Source: Lingula anatina
Taxonomy: Eukaryota > Animalia > Brachiopoda
Assembly: GCA_051362555.1 (NCBI GenBank)
Contig: CM120640.1
Coordinates: 69,914,788 to 69,978,787 of the forward strand
Length of the DNA: 64,000 nucleotides
Reading direction: 5' to 3'
The notes beneath the pieces were generated by a model. The model worked only from the letters and a program-made list of their open reading frames with translations, had not been told where the DNA came from and searched no databases. Numbering within the stretch: position 1 is the stretch's first letter; each line of letters opens with the position of its first letter. Below, piece by piece: positions 52,081-64,000 of this stretch. The position numbers were made by a program, and so were the translations under genes.

Positions 52081-54257
52081 CACACACACATAGTATTTAT
52101 TAGTATTCTTCTTTCTCCAGAGCTAGGCTACAAGAACTTGCAGAGAGTTTAGAGGATTTAAGAAACAACCCCAAGGTAGTGACAGTGGAGCGGACCAGGA
52201 CTCCCAGTCCCAAAGTGAGGCAGAAGAGCCCCTCCCCTCCTCCAGAGAGGAACCGCCCCTCATCTGCACCAAAAGAAAAGGTTAAGAAACCCAAGCCAGT
52301 TAGGATGATAATACCACAGTATGTTTTACTTTTTGTTGTTTTATAGAGAATTTATTATTTAAAACTCCTTTAGACATGAAAAGTATTATAATCAAAAGAA
52401 TAAAGGATAAAAAATATTGTTTATTGTCATATTAACAAATTTGCTGCAGAGTATCTTTGTAAAAAACTCCTATGGCATCACAAATATCTTTTTTTTTTTC
52501 GTCAAGTCCTCCTACAAGACCAAAGAAGAATTTCCTAGTGGGAAAACCATTGCCTAAATGGGGAGAAACTTTGCCTGAAGATGTAAGCTGATAGTTTATT
52601 ATGAAATCATTAAATGGCATGTTGGTATGAGCTGTACTAATGTTAATGAAGGTTTTGCATGCCACATGTTAGAATGACTAGGTAAACTTCATTGATTGTA
52701 CCCAAAATAAAAACAAACTTGGTCTTTGGTGTTGTTTTACTACTTCCACTGCCATCTGTACATTATTGTTTTTGATAATGGTATAGATATATTGATCATT
52801 TGCATTCAATATGCACACATGATTAAGTTCACTTTATTTTACATTTCTAGTTCTTTGAGAGAATGCAAGTCTTGCAAGATGAGAATTACAAGAAAAAGAA
52901 AGATCTCCATGAAAAGACATTACGTGATATACAAGACACAATAGAGCGACAGCTAGCAACTCAATACAAACTGTCACATGACCCAGGCGGTGAGATGTAT
53001 GACGCTTTGAGAGGTGGGTACCATAAAGGAGAGATATCAGGGGTGGATTGAGGCCGTCTTCTGGGGCTTACGGAAGATGGTCAGATTTTCAATGTTACAT
53101 TGATGGGTATCTAATTTTTTCTGTGGGAAGATGGTCAAAAATTGAGAATGGATCAACAAGGATAATTTGGAAGACTGTCAGAAAATATCTCTGGTTCCGC
53201 CCCTGGGTATGGGAGTACGTAGGGGATTGAACTGAGATTTGTAATATAACTATTTGCTGCAAGTTTCAGGGTAACTTTTGCTTGTAAGATTTTTAAATTT
53301 AAATAATTAAGTTTTTTTATTTCTCAATTTTGTTCTGTAAGTTGGTTCATCTTGAATGCATTCAACTAAAAAATAATGCTTAAAAGTTTACTTAGATATG
53401 CCTTAAAGAGTGATTTTTCCTTGAATTTCAGATGTTAGTCTTCCTGCCTTATTTATGCCTTTTAAGAGTGGTGCTGTCTACAACCCTAGAGCTCATCAGT
53501 ATTTTCATCCTACAGGTGAGTCACGGATTTTGACATCTGCTTTGCCAGGAGACTTTCATGGTTTTATTAACTCATTGGGTCTTTTTAAGTTGTTGGTAAG
53601 ATCACAAGTAGTTCTGTACCCTTTTTTGATTTTTGTTTGTTATTTTCTTGCATTATTTTTCTCAGGTTCGTCAGACGTCAGGTTATCCCAACCTCCCTCG
53701 ATGCTGCAGTTGCCGCCATTACCCAAAAATGTATCTTTTTCTTGTTGTGATATGTGAAAGTTATTAATTCTTTTATATTATTGTTTATTTTCTTAATATC
53801 TTCTTCCAAACTTTATTTTAATGTATGGCATTAAGAAACATTTGAATATTAATTTATCTAATTTAATTGTGAATTTGCACCATTTGGAAAAGAATGTTTT
53901 CCATATGATATGCATTTTCTGCAGTAAATTGATGTTGGGGCTAAATGAAAATATGTACTCTACTATTAACAAAATTCCTGTAAAATTACTGCTTAAACTT
54001 CTTTGACTGATCACCAGAAATTATCTGTTGTCAACCTCTTCGACCTGAGCCAAAATTTCCACACTCAAGGACCAGAGTGGCTCTTACAGCAGTACTACAG
54101 TCAACAGGAGGACGTACCCGAGAGTCGCAAGTCACGGCGTACCCCCATGACTCCCGCTCCCACCATGAATATGCCGCCATCTACAGTAGGAGGACCAAGG
54201 GAAGGAACTGTGGTCTCTCAGAAATCTGAACCTCCACCTGAGACACAGAAGGCGTGA
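45846..54257 (+). CDS. Uncharacterised ~890-aa protein (N-terminal coiled coil, acidic tract, C2-like beta region, C-terminal coiled coils), ~20 coding exons
   Basis: Phase-compatible GT-AG exons run from MEAVREEDDEE (45846) through ~46177-46281, 46664-46755, 47293-47461, 47808-47938, 48133-48274, 48781-48957, 49283-49483, 49737-49809, 50113-50161, 50301-50463, 50712-50991, 51223-51356, 51799-51878, 52121-52318, 52507-52582, 52851-53013, 53432-53515, 53666-53730 and 54018-54257 (TGA). Confidence 0.85.
49012..49175. mobile_element. PIF/Harbinger-like MITE, copy 2
   Basis: Shares TTCAGAATAGGGGACTAACTAGT..GAGGGT.AAATATGG and GGGGAAGTATTCAAGTGGGT..GCCATATTT.ACCCTCGGAC..CTGAATGGGGCC with 11182-11353. 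Confidence 0.75.
53038..53205. mobile_element. ~165-bp MITE family, copy 3
   Basis: CAGGGGTGGATTGAGGCCGTCTTCTGGG...GGATCAACAAG...CTGTCAGAAAATATCTCTGGTTCCGCCCCTG. Confidence 0.75.
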
Positions 54258-55594
54258 ATGGAAGAATACTTTTTTGCCAGATTTGATTTTAATCAGGAGA
54301 CATGAGGAGAGTTTAATGCAGCTTCACCATTAAATACTGCTGGTAATAATCTTTCAGTATCTCTTGCTGTGTCCCCTGTGGTGCAGTGACAGATCTGTAT
54401 TCAGTTTAGTTTATTCCTGGTTTCATGGCTGTATTTAACTCTTCTTGTTTTCACTGAGACAACACAAATATTATGTTAGTTAACAGGTTAATTTCCAGAC
54501 AAAAACTGAAAAACTATTTCAGCCTATAACTGCATAAAAATAGCAGTTTGTTCAGAATCAAAGTTGCTCACAACCATAACCATATTTTTAAACCTTCAAT
54601 AATACAATAGACAGAAAATACAGTTGATAACCCTTTTAATGTCAGACCAGTAGTTTTTACTGTAAGGTTGTATCCTATAGAGACAAAAAAAACCTCCAAA
54701 TGACGTCAGGTGAAAGTGTAACATTTCATTGTTGGGGGGAATACGAGAACTAAGAAGCATTCTTTGCCTTTTTATTTCTGATTGATTTAGATATGTTATC
54801 TGGTAAAATGTTGCATTTTATGACTAACATGTTATGTCCGCCAGGTGAACTGGAAACAACTTTTCTTGTCCTAGGAAAATATCACATCTTGTGAAAAACA
54901 TCTGTTAGGAATTTGAGATTTGTGAGATAAAGAGGCAAACTGTCTTGATATATTTTCTTTATATCTACACGCTGCTCTTGAAGTCAAGGTTTAGGCCAAT
55001 TTTAAATTTCTTTCAATTGCTCAAATAACTTTTTGGCACCCATTTTATTGCACCATGGCATCTCTGTCATCAGTGTCAATAAATATGTAGATATACCATA
55101 CCAAAACACAATAATGTTTATGTAAAGGTGTGGTTTCAAATTGAAATAAATGTTCACAAGAAAAATCCATTATTTTACTATCTACAAGGGAAAAAATGAC
55201 ATTTTAAACGCAAGCAGATGTTTGTCTTTTACATAATTTTCATATGCATCCTTTTGTATTAAAATATTGGAAAAGAAACATGCATATGTTTTCAGGTGCA
55301 CATTCTACTATACTGTTGTTTATTGTTGGCCTGGGTAGGGAATATTTCAATTTTTATTTACTTACAAATTCTGTATCTTACACTTCATGTTGTTGACTGC
55401 TATGGTGTATGAACTGAAAGGTTGGTGACTAAAAAGTGCCTTTACTTTTATCAAATACTGACCACATATTTGTCTTAGGTTAGTACTTCCCAAAGATCTG
55501 CTGGAGTTTAGCCAACAAATGTTTTGATCAATTTACCTGCTCATGTATGTGTACATCTTGTATATAACTGTATAAAACTGAATTTGAAAAATGC

Positions 55595-55628
55595 AATAAA
55601 CACAGTCATTTAGAATGGTCTTTTTATT
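55595..55628. terminator. Back-to-back polyadenylation signals (uncharacterised gene + / AEBP2 -)
   Basis: AATAAA at 55595-55600 and TTTATT at 55623-55628. Base skew changes from T-rich to A-rich at about this point. Confidence 0.5.
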
Positions 55629-58600
55629 CATTTCACTTCTCTTATACAAAACTACAAGTGCACCTATCATACATAGAGTTTACACTTTTGGACAAGTTTG
55701 TCTCATTATCCGTTAATGAAAATATGATTTGTCTAGATCAAAACAATAAATAACAGTAATACCTAAAAATAAATACTGCAAAGAATTCAAATTCTCCAGT
55801 ATCATTAACACACCTGGGAGACCCAATCTACATTTGAAAAAAAAAAGCTGAAAAAAATATTGAAAAGAGATGTTGGCTTCCATAAGGGCAAAAAAGCCCT
55901 CAAAAGAACTTAAATGTCATGCAAGTAAAATCTACGTAGCCATATACTGTCATTAAATTAACCCCCCCCCCCCTTCCCCATTCACTATGCATTCTACAGG
56001 ACTATAAGCTACAAGGTGCACGCAAATGTAGTCGGTCTCTCTTATCCGTCATTTCTCACCTTACAATACCTGTCTTCTGAAACAACTTCTTTACATTCTT
56101 AACATATTTACATCAATGAAAATGGCCAAATTCACAAATTTACAGAATTATTTCCACAAGCAACTTGATATAACATTTCACTGGTCACTTCATCCTACAC
56201 ATTGCTGATACAGCAAACCAACTACGGTAAAACAATTACTTATTAAGCAGTGAGCAATTAAAAATCTTCAAATACCACACAAATCAATGTATTCGCACAT
56301 TCAAAACTCCTCATATTTGGTCAGGTTCAATTCTGGATGTGAATGTAACAGTTTCCAATCGAGATCATTTGGACAGTAGGCCATGAACAGCTCCCTCTAT
56401 AGCCAGTTTACAGAAATCAAATCCAACCTCCAAGTCATTCCGACAATCCTGTATGATTTTTTCCCACAAGATATTGGAGGGTCTGCTGTCCAACAACCTT
56501 ACCCCATTGAAGTTTCAGGACCTGAGATCAACGTGTTATGCCACAATTAAAGTAAATTAAAGTATAATGCCCTAGTGACTGACAGAGAGTGGACATAGGT
56601 CCACCTCTCACAAACACTTGTCTTTAATGCCTTTCTGTAGGATTAATGTCTGCTAGGGAATAATAACATCCTACATGCAACAGAGAGAAAGAGAGAGAGA
56701 GAGAGTATTAATAATTCATATCATTGCAGATTGACCGACGGCATTGCAACCTTCCTGTCTGCAAGCAAGACATGTCTATCTATAGAAGATAATTGAACAT
56801 TTGTCCAGTGATGATTTTTGGTTAGGAGCATGCCATGCAGAAATCTTTTATTTTTTAACTTTTGAATCCTGCAAACTTAAAAAAAAAAAACTAGTGTTTT
56901 CTATCTGGAAAAAAGGAATGAAAACAATCTTCAAGCAACATTTTCAGTTGCCAACAAATGAGACTAGAGCCTTGAATGAGATAACAGGAGCTCATTTTGC
57001 CATCAATGTCTTAGCAAAATATTTCAACCGTCCTGATATTGCTAAGAATATTTGGAAAAAGCCAGATGTAATATGAAAGACGCTTGAATTAATGGAACAA
57101 GTATGTGCACATTGCTCAACTAAGAGAAGCAATAAATATACCAAACCAATGCAGAGTTGTTATGTGAAAGTTGCAGCATCTAATATTTGACTATTAAATA
57201 ATCAAACAAGCTCTGGGTGTTGTTATCTTTTTCAATATCATCCTGTTTTTATGCTTTGATGTTTTTTACTCATCCTGTAATGCAATACATTGCGAACCCA
57301 AGGTCAAAGGTCATATGTCCCAAGCCTCCTTGTCTGTAGTATCCATGTAATACCACACAGCCCTGAGAGTGTCTAAGAGGTAGGCTTTGGTCTGCCTTCA
57401 TTGATAATAAGACTAAATCATAATGATGAGTAGCATATTTTATGGTCTCCACAGATTTGGATTCAGCTATATCGATGTTGCAAATTTGCATAAGTGGCTT
57501 CGATGGAAGGATTGGTCTTCAACTGAAATGGCCTTCCCCAGAACTTCCTTTCCTTCACTGGCAGTGACAAGGTTTCATTATTGCTAACTCCCCTCTGAGG
57601 TAAAACGTGTGTGAGCAATGAGAAGGGGTGCTCTTCCTGTATTCAAGCAGGTGATTATGACCCTTAAGCTAACAGTTTTCCCACTCGATAAAGATGGAAG
57701 ATCCTCATGGGAAAATTGCTGGAAATGCCACTTATCAAAATACAAATTGTATTAACTGATATATATTAATCATTGATTGAACACAACAATTTGTATCATG
57801 CAATTATGGGTTTTAGACATGAGATGTTGACCCCAGTGATAAACATCTTTTTTTTTAACATTCCTGAGCGGGTGACAGAGTATTTTCTCTTCAATTCTGA
57901 TGACAGGCTAATAATCACATGTTGAATCATATTTTCAACTGAGATCGAAAATCAAGCACACATACTTTTACAGGAATATATCACCAAGAAAGACAACAGA
58001 AAGAGAGAAAGACAAAAGATAATTATAAAATGCACATGCCTCCATCTATGACCAAGTGTCAATTGTTACCTCTGATAATGCATATGCATGTACATAACCA
58101 TGTTTGCAAAGTTTCAAATATTACATTGCAATATGTGAAAACCAGAAATAATTTCTTCTTGCAAATTTCCACTCCACAGTTCAACTTTCTTTCTATCTGA
58201 CGTCAATGGCTTTAGAACTGCAGAAATTTCTGACTCATCCCAATAGATAACAATAATTGTGAAAAACTGATTTGATAACAGATCCTTAAATAATGAAAGC
58301 ACTGCTATGTTCAAAATTCAATGCCAAGGATAATATTTTGGACAAAGCAGTGTCACAGGAGTTAATCCAGCAGAAAACTGCCACTAATGTACAATCAATG
58401 TGGTGAAGAATGGTGGCACATTAATCCATTAAATCCAAGCTGATCCAGCCAGCCATTCATGGTCCATCTCTTCCAAAATGTCTGGATCCACATCTTTTTA
58501 GATAATACAATTTCACTATAATCTTCTGGGAACCACAAAATAAAGGGACACCAAAGATATTATTCAAAAGCCATGACTCTGAAGGCTAATCAGTATGTGA

Positions 58601-59081
58601 TGACTTCTCTAGAGCACAGCATTTACTGTCTGGATTTCATGCTAAATCATTTATGTATCACATATCTTTAAATCTAAAAATACTATCCAGTTAATCATCT
58701 CATGCTAACAGAGGAAATAAAGAGAAATTTTGAAACTGTATCATTTGTTTTTCCATTGAAATGGTGTCATGTATACACATCATTTCTAATCCAAACTTGA
58801 CAACATCTTAGCCTGAAACATTGAGACTTATGTGACAAACAATATCACGGTGATAAATGACGAGTGTTTATAGGGAGAGTCTGCTTACTGTCCCCCCCCC
58901 CCCAAAAAAAAAAGTAAAAAAAACTAGTATGAGTTATAAAAACATGTATCATTTTAGCACACAATACATGCTTTCATGCCTCTTCTTGTATTTAATAGTT
59001 GTAAATGTCTATTATCCTTCCTTGAGACTTTCTCCCCAATCCTGTCATTTCCAACTGAAACAGTCTTGCTATCTCATTAAC

Positions 59082-59190
59082 ACCACATTAGCTTCCATCT
59101 TCACTGTTTGTGGCTCCATCTACAGCCTTGCAGTGATACCACATCAGCATCTATCTTCACTGTCTGTGGCTCCCCCTACAGCTTTGTAGT
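59082..59190. repeat. ~56-bp diverged tandem duplication in the AEBP2 3' UTR
   Basis: ACCACAT.AGC.TC.ATCTTCACTGT.TGTGGCTCC..CTACAGC.TTG.AGT occurs twice. Confidence 0.7.
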
Positions 59191-59287
59191 CCACAGTATA
59201 ATGCCTACAATGTATGCAACTTGCAGTGGAAACCCCCTTTAGAAAAAAGCTTGAAGAAACAGTACATTTTGATTCCCTGCCTGTGTT

Positions 59288-60687
59288 TTATTTTCTCCGA
59301 CTCTTCCTGTATCGTATGGGTCTGTAGATGGATGGGTCCAGGTTAATGGCAGTATCAGGAGGTAAATCTGAGATCGGAATGACACATTTTGCATTGGATG
59401 CCACCTGAGCTTCTGAGACCCATTCATCCGGTAATCTAAAACAGTAAGAAAAAAAAGATAACGAGGATTGATATGAGACATGCAAAAATCATTAGTTCAA
59501 ATACAATAAGAAGCAATTTCTTAAATTCAATCTGTACAGACACTAAAAATAATTTTTTTAGACTAATAAAAAATTGACCCTACATGCGTCCAGAAAACTC
59601 TCAGCTACAAGTGAAATAAAACAAAACCAGACTTCAGGCCACATAACCACAAATGATAAGTTTTCTTAATTTCTTACACCTTGTGAACAAATCTTCGTGC
59701 CTTCAGTTGGAAAGCACACAGATGCTATCAATCTCTCAGGAGTGATATTGCTAAGTTTTATTCCCTGTGTTGTTTTTGCTAATACTTCAATAACTGACTC
59801 CAGCAGGCTCTTGTTGGTTTTTCTTAACTGAAAGGCTGCAACTCTTTACTTTGGATTGAAATATAACAACATTTAATCAAAACCACTGTTTTTTAATAGT
59901 CTGTGATAGTGGGCATTAGTCTGGGATAGCTCAAGTCAACCCTAACTCTCCGTGTTCTGTAAAAGTCTTCCACACTACCAGGACAGAGGATCTCATAGGA
60001 TCTGGACCTCAGGAAATGCTTACTGAAAGGTTGAAACTGTTATTTTCATGACAGGGAAAACTGTCAAATACTGTTCAGAGCACTGGTTCTAGAAACTTCT
60101 TGTTTTACACATGACTGCACCATATAGATCTGCTGCTGACCTGGGAGACTTCTTATAACGGACATGTAGCCTAGCTAGCCATTTTAAAGGGAATTCTTTT
60201 CTAAAGAAGTAGATCATTTTACCCCCTAAGTTAACCCAAATTTTACACAGGCAGAGCATCTAAATCAAAGTGGACTTTTTTGGCATAAAGGGCAATTCTT
60301 TTGAACCCCCTCCCCCTTTCCTTCCAAATCTCCAGCCTATGGACCTGTACAAGAATCTGGGTAGTTAAACCAAAGAGAATCCAAAAAAGCTCCCCGTTAC
60401 AAACACAGTCTTAAGACTCATTGACAGCCAGTACATCTGTAAAGACTGTATTCACCTGAGCAGTCTCATTACCTGAGGAAGACGCTCTAGATACACAACG
60501 AAATATTGGAAATATGCAACATTTACAAAGATGTTGACTGAGGAAGAAAAAATTACTGCTTTATGATATGCAGCGTAACACAGCTGATAAATTCTTCTCT
60601 GATCACTGCCAGCACTTACACATCTTCAGGACTCCAACGAAGCAGGACCTTCACCTTCCCTGTCTCTTCTGTTCTTCTACATATCAC
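59288..60687 (-). CDS. AEBP2: AEBP2/jing (PRC2 accessory zinc-finger protein), last two coding exons; upstream exons not identified in the window
   Basis: Exons 60687-60620 and 59435-59288 give VICRRTEETGKVKVLLRWSPEDVLPDEWVSEAQVASNAKCVIPISDLPPDTAINLDPSIYRPIRYRKSRRK*. This matches the recalled human AEBP2 C-terminus [31 protein letters not shown]...LSKLPKDTALLLDPNIYR. Confidence 0.88.
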
Positions 60688-62018
60688 CTAAAATAAAAAC
60701 ATAAATCTTAATTAAAACCCTTCCTTGTCAAATGTGTAACAAGTCAAATATTCATCAATACAAAACAGATATAGGGAAGACATGGTTGTTTAAAGGAACT
60801 TTTATCTTTTATGTTATTGTTTTGAAGGTCATTTTGGGGTCAAGGTCATTTGCAATCTCTTTCTTTCTCATCAATTCTACTAATGTACACACTTAAGAAG
60901 TAAGCATTAGCCACAAAGAGGACCATCCTTCATTTTAGTATTAATGAAAATGAGCAGCACACTGCCTTCACAATGAAGTGAATCTAGAATGAAGTAACCT
61001 GAGTGTTAATGCTGCTTAATTAAAGAAAGAGGACAGGAGCAGCAGACAAAGCAGGCAGGAGTAATCTGCTATAATACATGAGGTGCTCTTTAGAGTCAAA
61101 CCACCTGCTCTAATTTCCCTGCTGGTGACACCTGTGTGCCAGGTACAACAAATCACTTGTCACAGCACTTAGTTGGGAAACATGCTTTGTCCAGACTTAT
61201 GTCTTATACTCTGTTTTCTATAAATTATTGAATTCAGTACACACAAAAAATGCATATGCTATGGTTCATTAATTTTTTTTCATCCTTTGCACCATCCTTT
61301 TCTGTCAAAGACAAGAATAATATTCTTTCTTACAGAATCAAAATATTTCTTCAATCTGGGCCACCATGTGATTATGCAACGAGACAAAGATCACCCCCCT
61401 CCTTTACACTGAAACCAAGCATGGCGCCCTTTTCCACCCTTTTGCTTTTCATCTTTTTATTTCCAAATAGCTGCTGCGATATGAATTACTGGGAAAACCA
61501 CCCTGTCTGCAACAGTGAGTCTGTAAATAGACCCAGGTCAATTAGTTAATACACAGGCCAGTCACAACAAACAGCCCGCTGTCATAGGGGCAGGGCCCCA
61601 GTGCCAGGAGAACGCGTCCCCTCCAAGACTGTGGGACCTGACTGTTTGTATAGAGCTCTTAACATAAAATTGTGTGTTTATCAAATGTTAACACTGCTGT
61701 CTTGACGCAGACAATTGTGACAGCCCATTTTAAACCAAGGTTACAGAGGAATAGAGCAACAGGGACTGCAGGCTACCTCTGTAATAAATGTTTTGTGATG
61801 GAAATAGGCCTAGGGCACCTTGGGGCCAGACAATGTGCCAACAGATACAGAGCTAACAATTTAGAAACCCTCCTCAGAAATTAAGAAACTAATTGAAACC
61901 ATCAGGCTTCAGCAGCCCTGCCATACTGAGGAATGCATCATTCTTTATCAGTCAAAGCAGTCATGGAGAATGCTGTCACAGCATTATATAGTTTCTTCTC
62001 TACAATACCATTTCCGTT

Positions 62019-62055
<37 letters not shown>

Positions 62056-64000
62056 CACGCATGCATGTGCCTGTCCACATATAGAAACATGCATTATGAT
62101 ATATGCAGTGTACCCGTGACTTCGCATAACAATGCACCAAACTATAACTACATGCACACTTCCAATTTACTTTAAACACTACCACAAAAAAATTTTTTTT
62201 GAATCACCTGTATATGATCTGGACACCAAATAGCAAACATATTTCTGTTAACAGGGACCATCTCAGTTGCTAAACCCCTTTTCTATAATATTTTATCTGG
62301 TGAAATAAAAAATATACTCAAAATATGCCAGACTGCAGCAAAACAACTGTATTTCACACAGGAATTCTATCAGCCAGTACAACTGGTTCTTCTGATATCT
62401 TTGAAAGGAAACCACACTGAAACTGTATACCACCAGCCTTCTAGAAAGCATTTTATGAACTTAATATCTATATCAACTTCAATCACCATTCCTCATTTTT
62501 TTCTCATTATCAAAGCAATTTATAGAGCTTTTTGTCATTTTAAATTTAATTTTCATGTGAATAGTACCTTTTGTAAATTTGTAAATAAAGGGGTTTGTCA
62601 CAAAGATCCTAAAATACATACCATGCACTCTATACTAATCTCTATCAGTTCAAGTAGTTGGATAAATGTATCCTGGCAGAAACTATTCATGTTTCATATT
62701 GCAACATATGACAAGACAGTCAGATTTAATAAAGTAACCATACATCACAAAGAGAGACAGAGGCAAGTCCATATTTGAACTAAAATACCCTGTCTATGAT
62801 GACAAAAGTTTCAGGCATGTAAAATAAAATGTCTGTCCATTTTAATAAAAACAGCTGTACCGGCTTGTAGGCACTAATTTATTAACCATCTGACCTCCAT
62901 CATCACTGGTGTCAATTTAATTATAAATCAATTCATGGGCCACGACCTCTTAATTCAAAGAGATTACATAAATATTCCACACTGATATTTTTGGACAACT
63001 AAGGAGCGTGGTTTTAATCATGTAGCTAATATGAAGACACGGAATCTGCAGACCTGTTTTTACAGTAATACAGGAATATGTTTTGGAATATATCTGTCAT
63101 TCTTATGGGCCTAAACACTTGTTTTTATTTAGAAACTACATCAAATTTTAATTGTATGATAAAACTTGGTGTCTCCATATCTGGCAATACTAATAACAAA
63201 GTAGACAACAAAGAACTAGAACTCCATACACGTCACCTCCAGATGTTTACCATGGTAAGGTACTCTCCAACCACAGAGGCTGGGAGGTGGCCTGATTAAC
63301 AAAATGGCCACACCTGTCTCTGGCTCCATTATCCATATCCACACTATTCAGGTATTCAGCGAGCAGGAAACCACAAATATGATGACAGCACTACTGAATT
63401 TCCTAAGGCATTTTTTTTCCACAACTCATTAACAAACTGTTGCCTCTGGTTCTGCTCTAGCTCCCTGTGACTAGCACTAATGGTTTACCTCTCTACTCCT
63501 AGTCTTTGTTATACCTGGCTGCTTTCAAAATCCTATGTTATCACTTAAATCTGTAAAATTATCACACTATATGTCCTTCATCTTTTTATCTGAAATCCTT
63601 TTTATAACTGAATTCCTTCAAAACCTTCTACCTTATCTTCTTTACAAAACTGTTTTGATTTATGCAAGGAGTTATAATCTGTTATAACTCCTTGATTTAT
63701 GGATTTATTCATGCAGTAAAAAATACCCATATCACAAATCTATATTATTCAATTTATCTAGCACTCTAATTAATATGTGCCAGAATAAAATGGGACAAAT
63801 ATAAAAAAGAATGAGAGCAACAAAACTGTCAGCTTAATCCCACTGCATGAACTCAGAGGACATTCAGAGCATGTTGATCGGCAGACTAACAGATCTGCGG
63901 ACTTAATATGGCCTTGCTTTCCCAAGTCATGCAATCATTTTCAGGTAACACACAAAATATACCAGTTTTACAGAAAAACAACCAGATAATTTTTTTTCTT

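Noticed and set aside
56370-56515. ~45-codon coding-looking stretch on the minus strand (LLDSRPSNILWEKIIQDCRND...)
   Set aside because: No in-frame start or convincing acceptor and no recognisable homology. Treated as 3' UTR.
59239-59481. Alternative-frame ORF ending ...NVLFLQAFF over the AEBP2 last exon
   Set aside because: Splice phase from the upstream exon selects the LPDEWV frame, which is the one matching AEBP2.

Overview
This is eukaryotic (animal) genomic DNA: AT-rich, gene-dense, with GT-AG introns. It is most consistent with a marine invertebrate (lophotrochozoan-like; inferred, not proven), so most short ORFs in the track are single exons or noise. Splicing by eye gives eight genes in strictly alternating orientation: XK-related (XKR) last exon (+), a CREB3-family ER-membrane bZIP (-), C15orf61/DUF4528 (+), CSDE1/UNR (-), CHMP2A (+), TFIP11 (-), an unrecognised ~890-aa coiled-coil/acidic/C2-like protein (+), and the last two exons of AEBP2/jing (-). 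These form three head-to-head promoters and four tail-to-tail junctions. TFIP11 introns carry two large satellite-bearing non-autonomous Helentron-type elements (HINEs; 161-bp and 146-bp arrays), one with nested elements, and several short TIR MITEs are scattered across the window. The most notable signals are: (1) four independent tandem duplications straddling functional exon boundaries (TFIP11 last 21 codons plus stop x11 in frame; CSDE1 splice donor x8; CSDE1 acceptor x2+; CHMP2A last acceptor x2); (2) a 74-aa single-pass membrane ORF with a strong Kozak context just behind C15orf61, possibly bicistronic or alternatively spliced; (3) a candidate 12-nt CSDE1 microexon; (4) the uncharacterised multi-exon gene, with a possible U12-type intron; (5) back-to-back poly(A) signals with the same spacing at two convergent junctions. 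Exon coordinates were counted by hand and may be off by a few bases.
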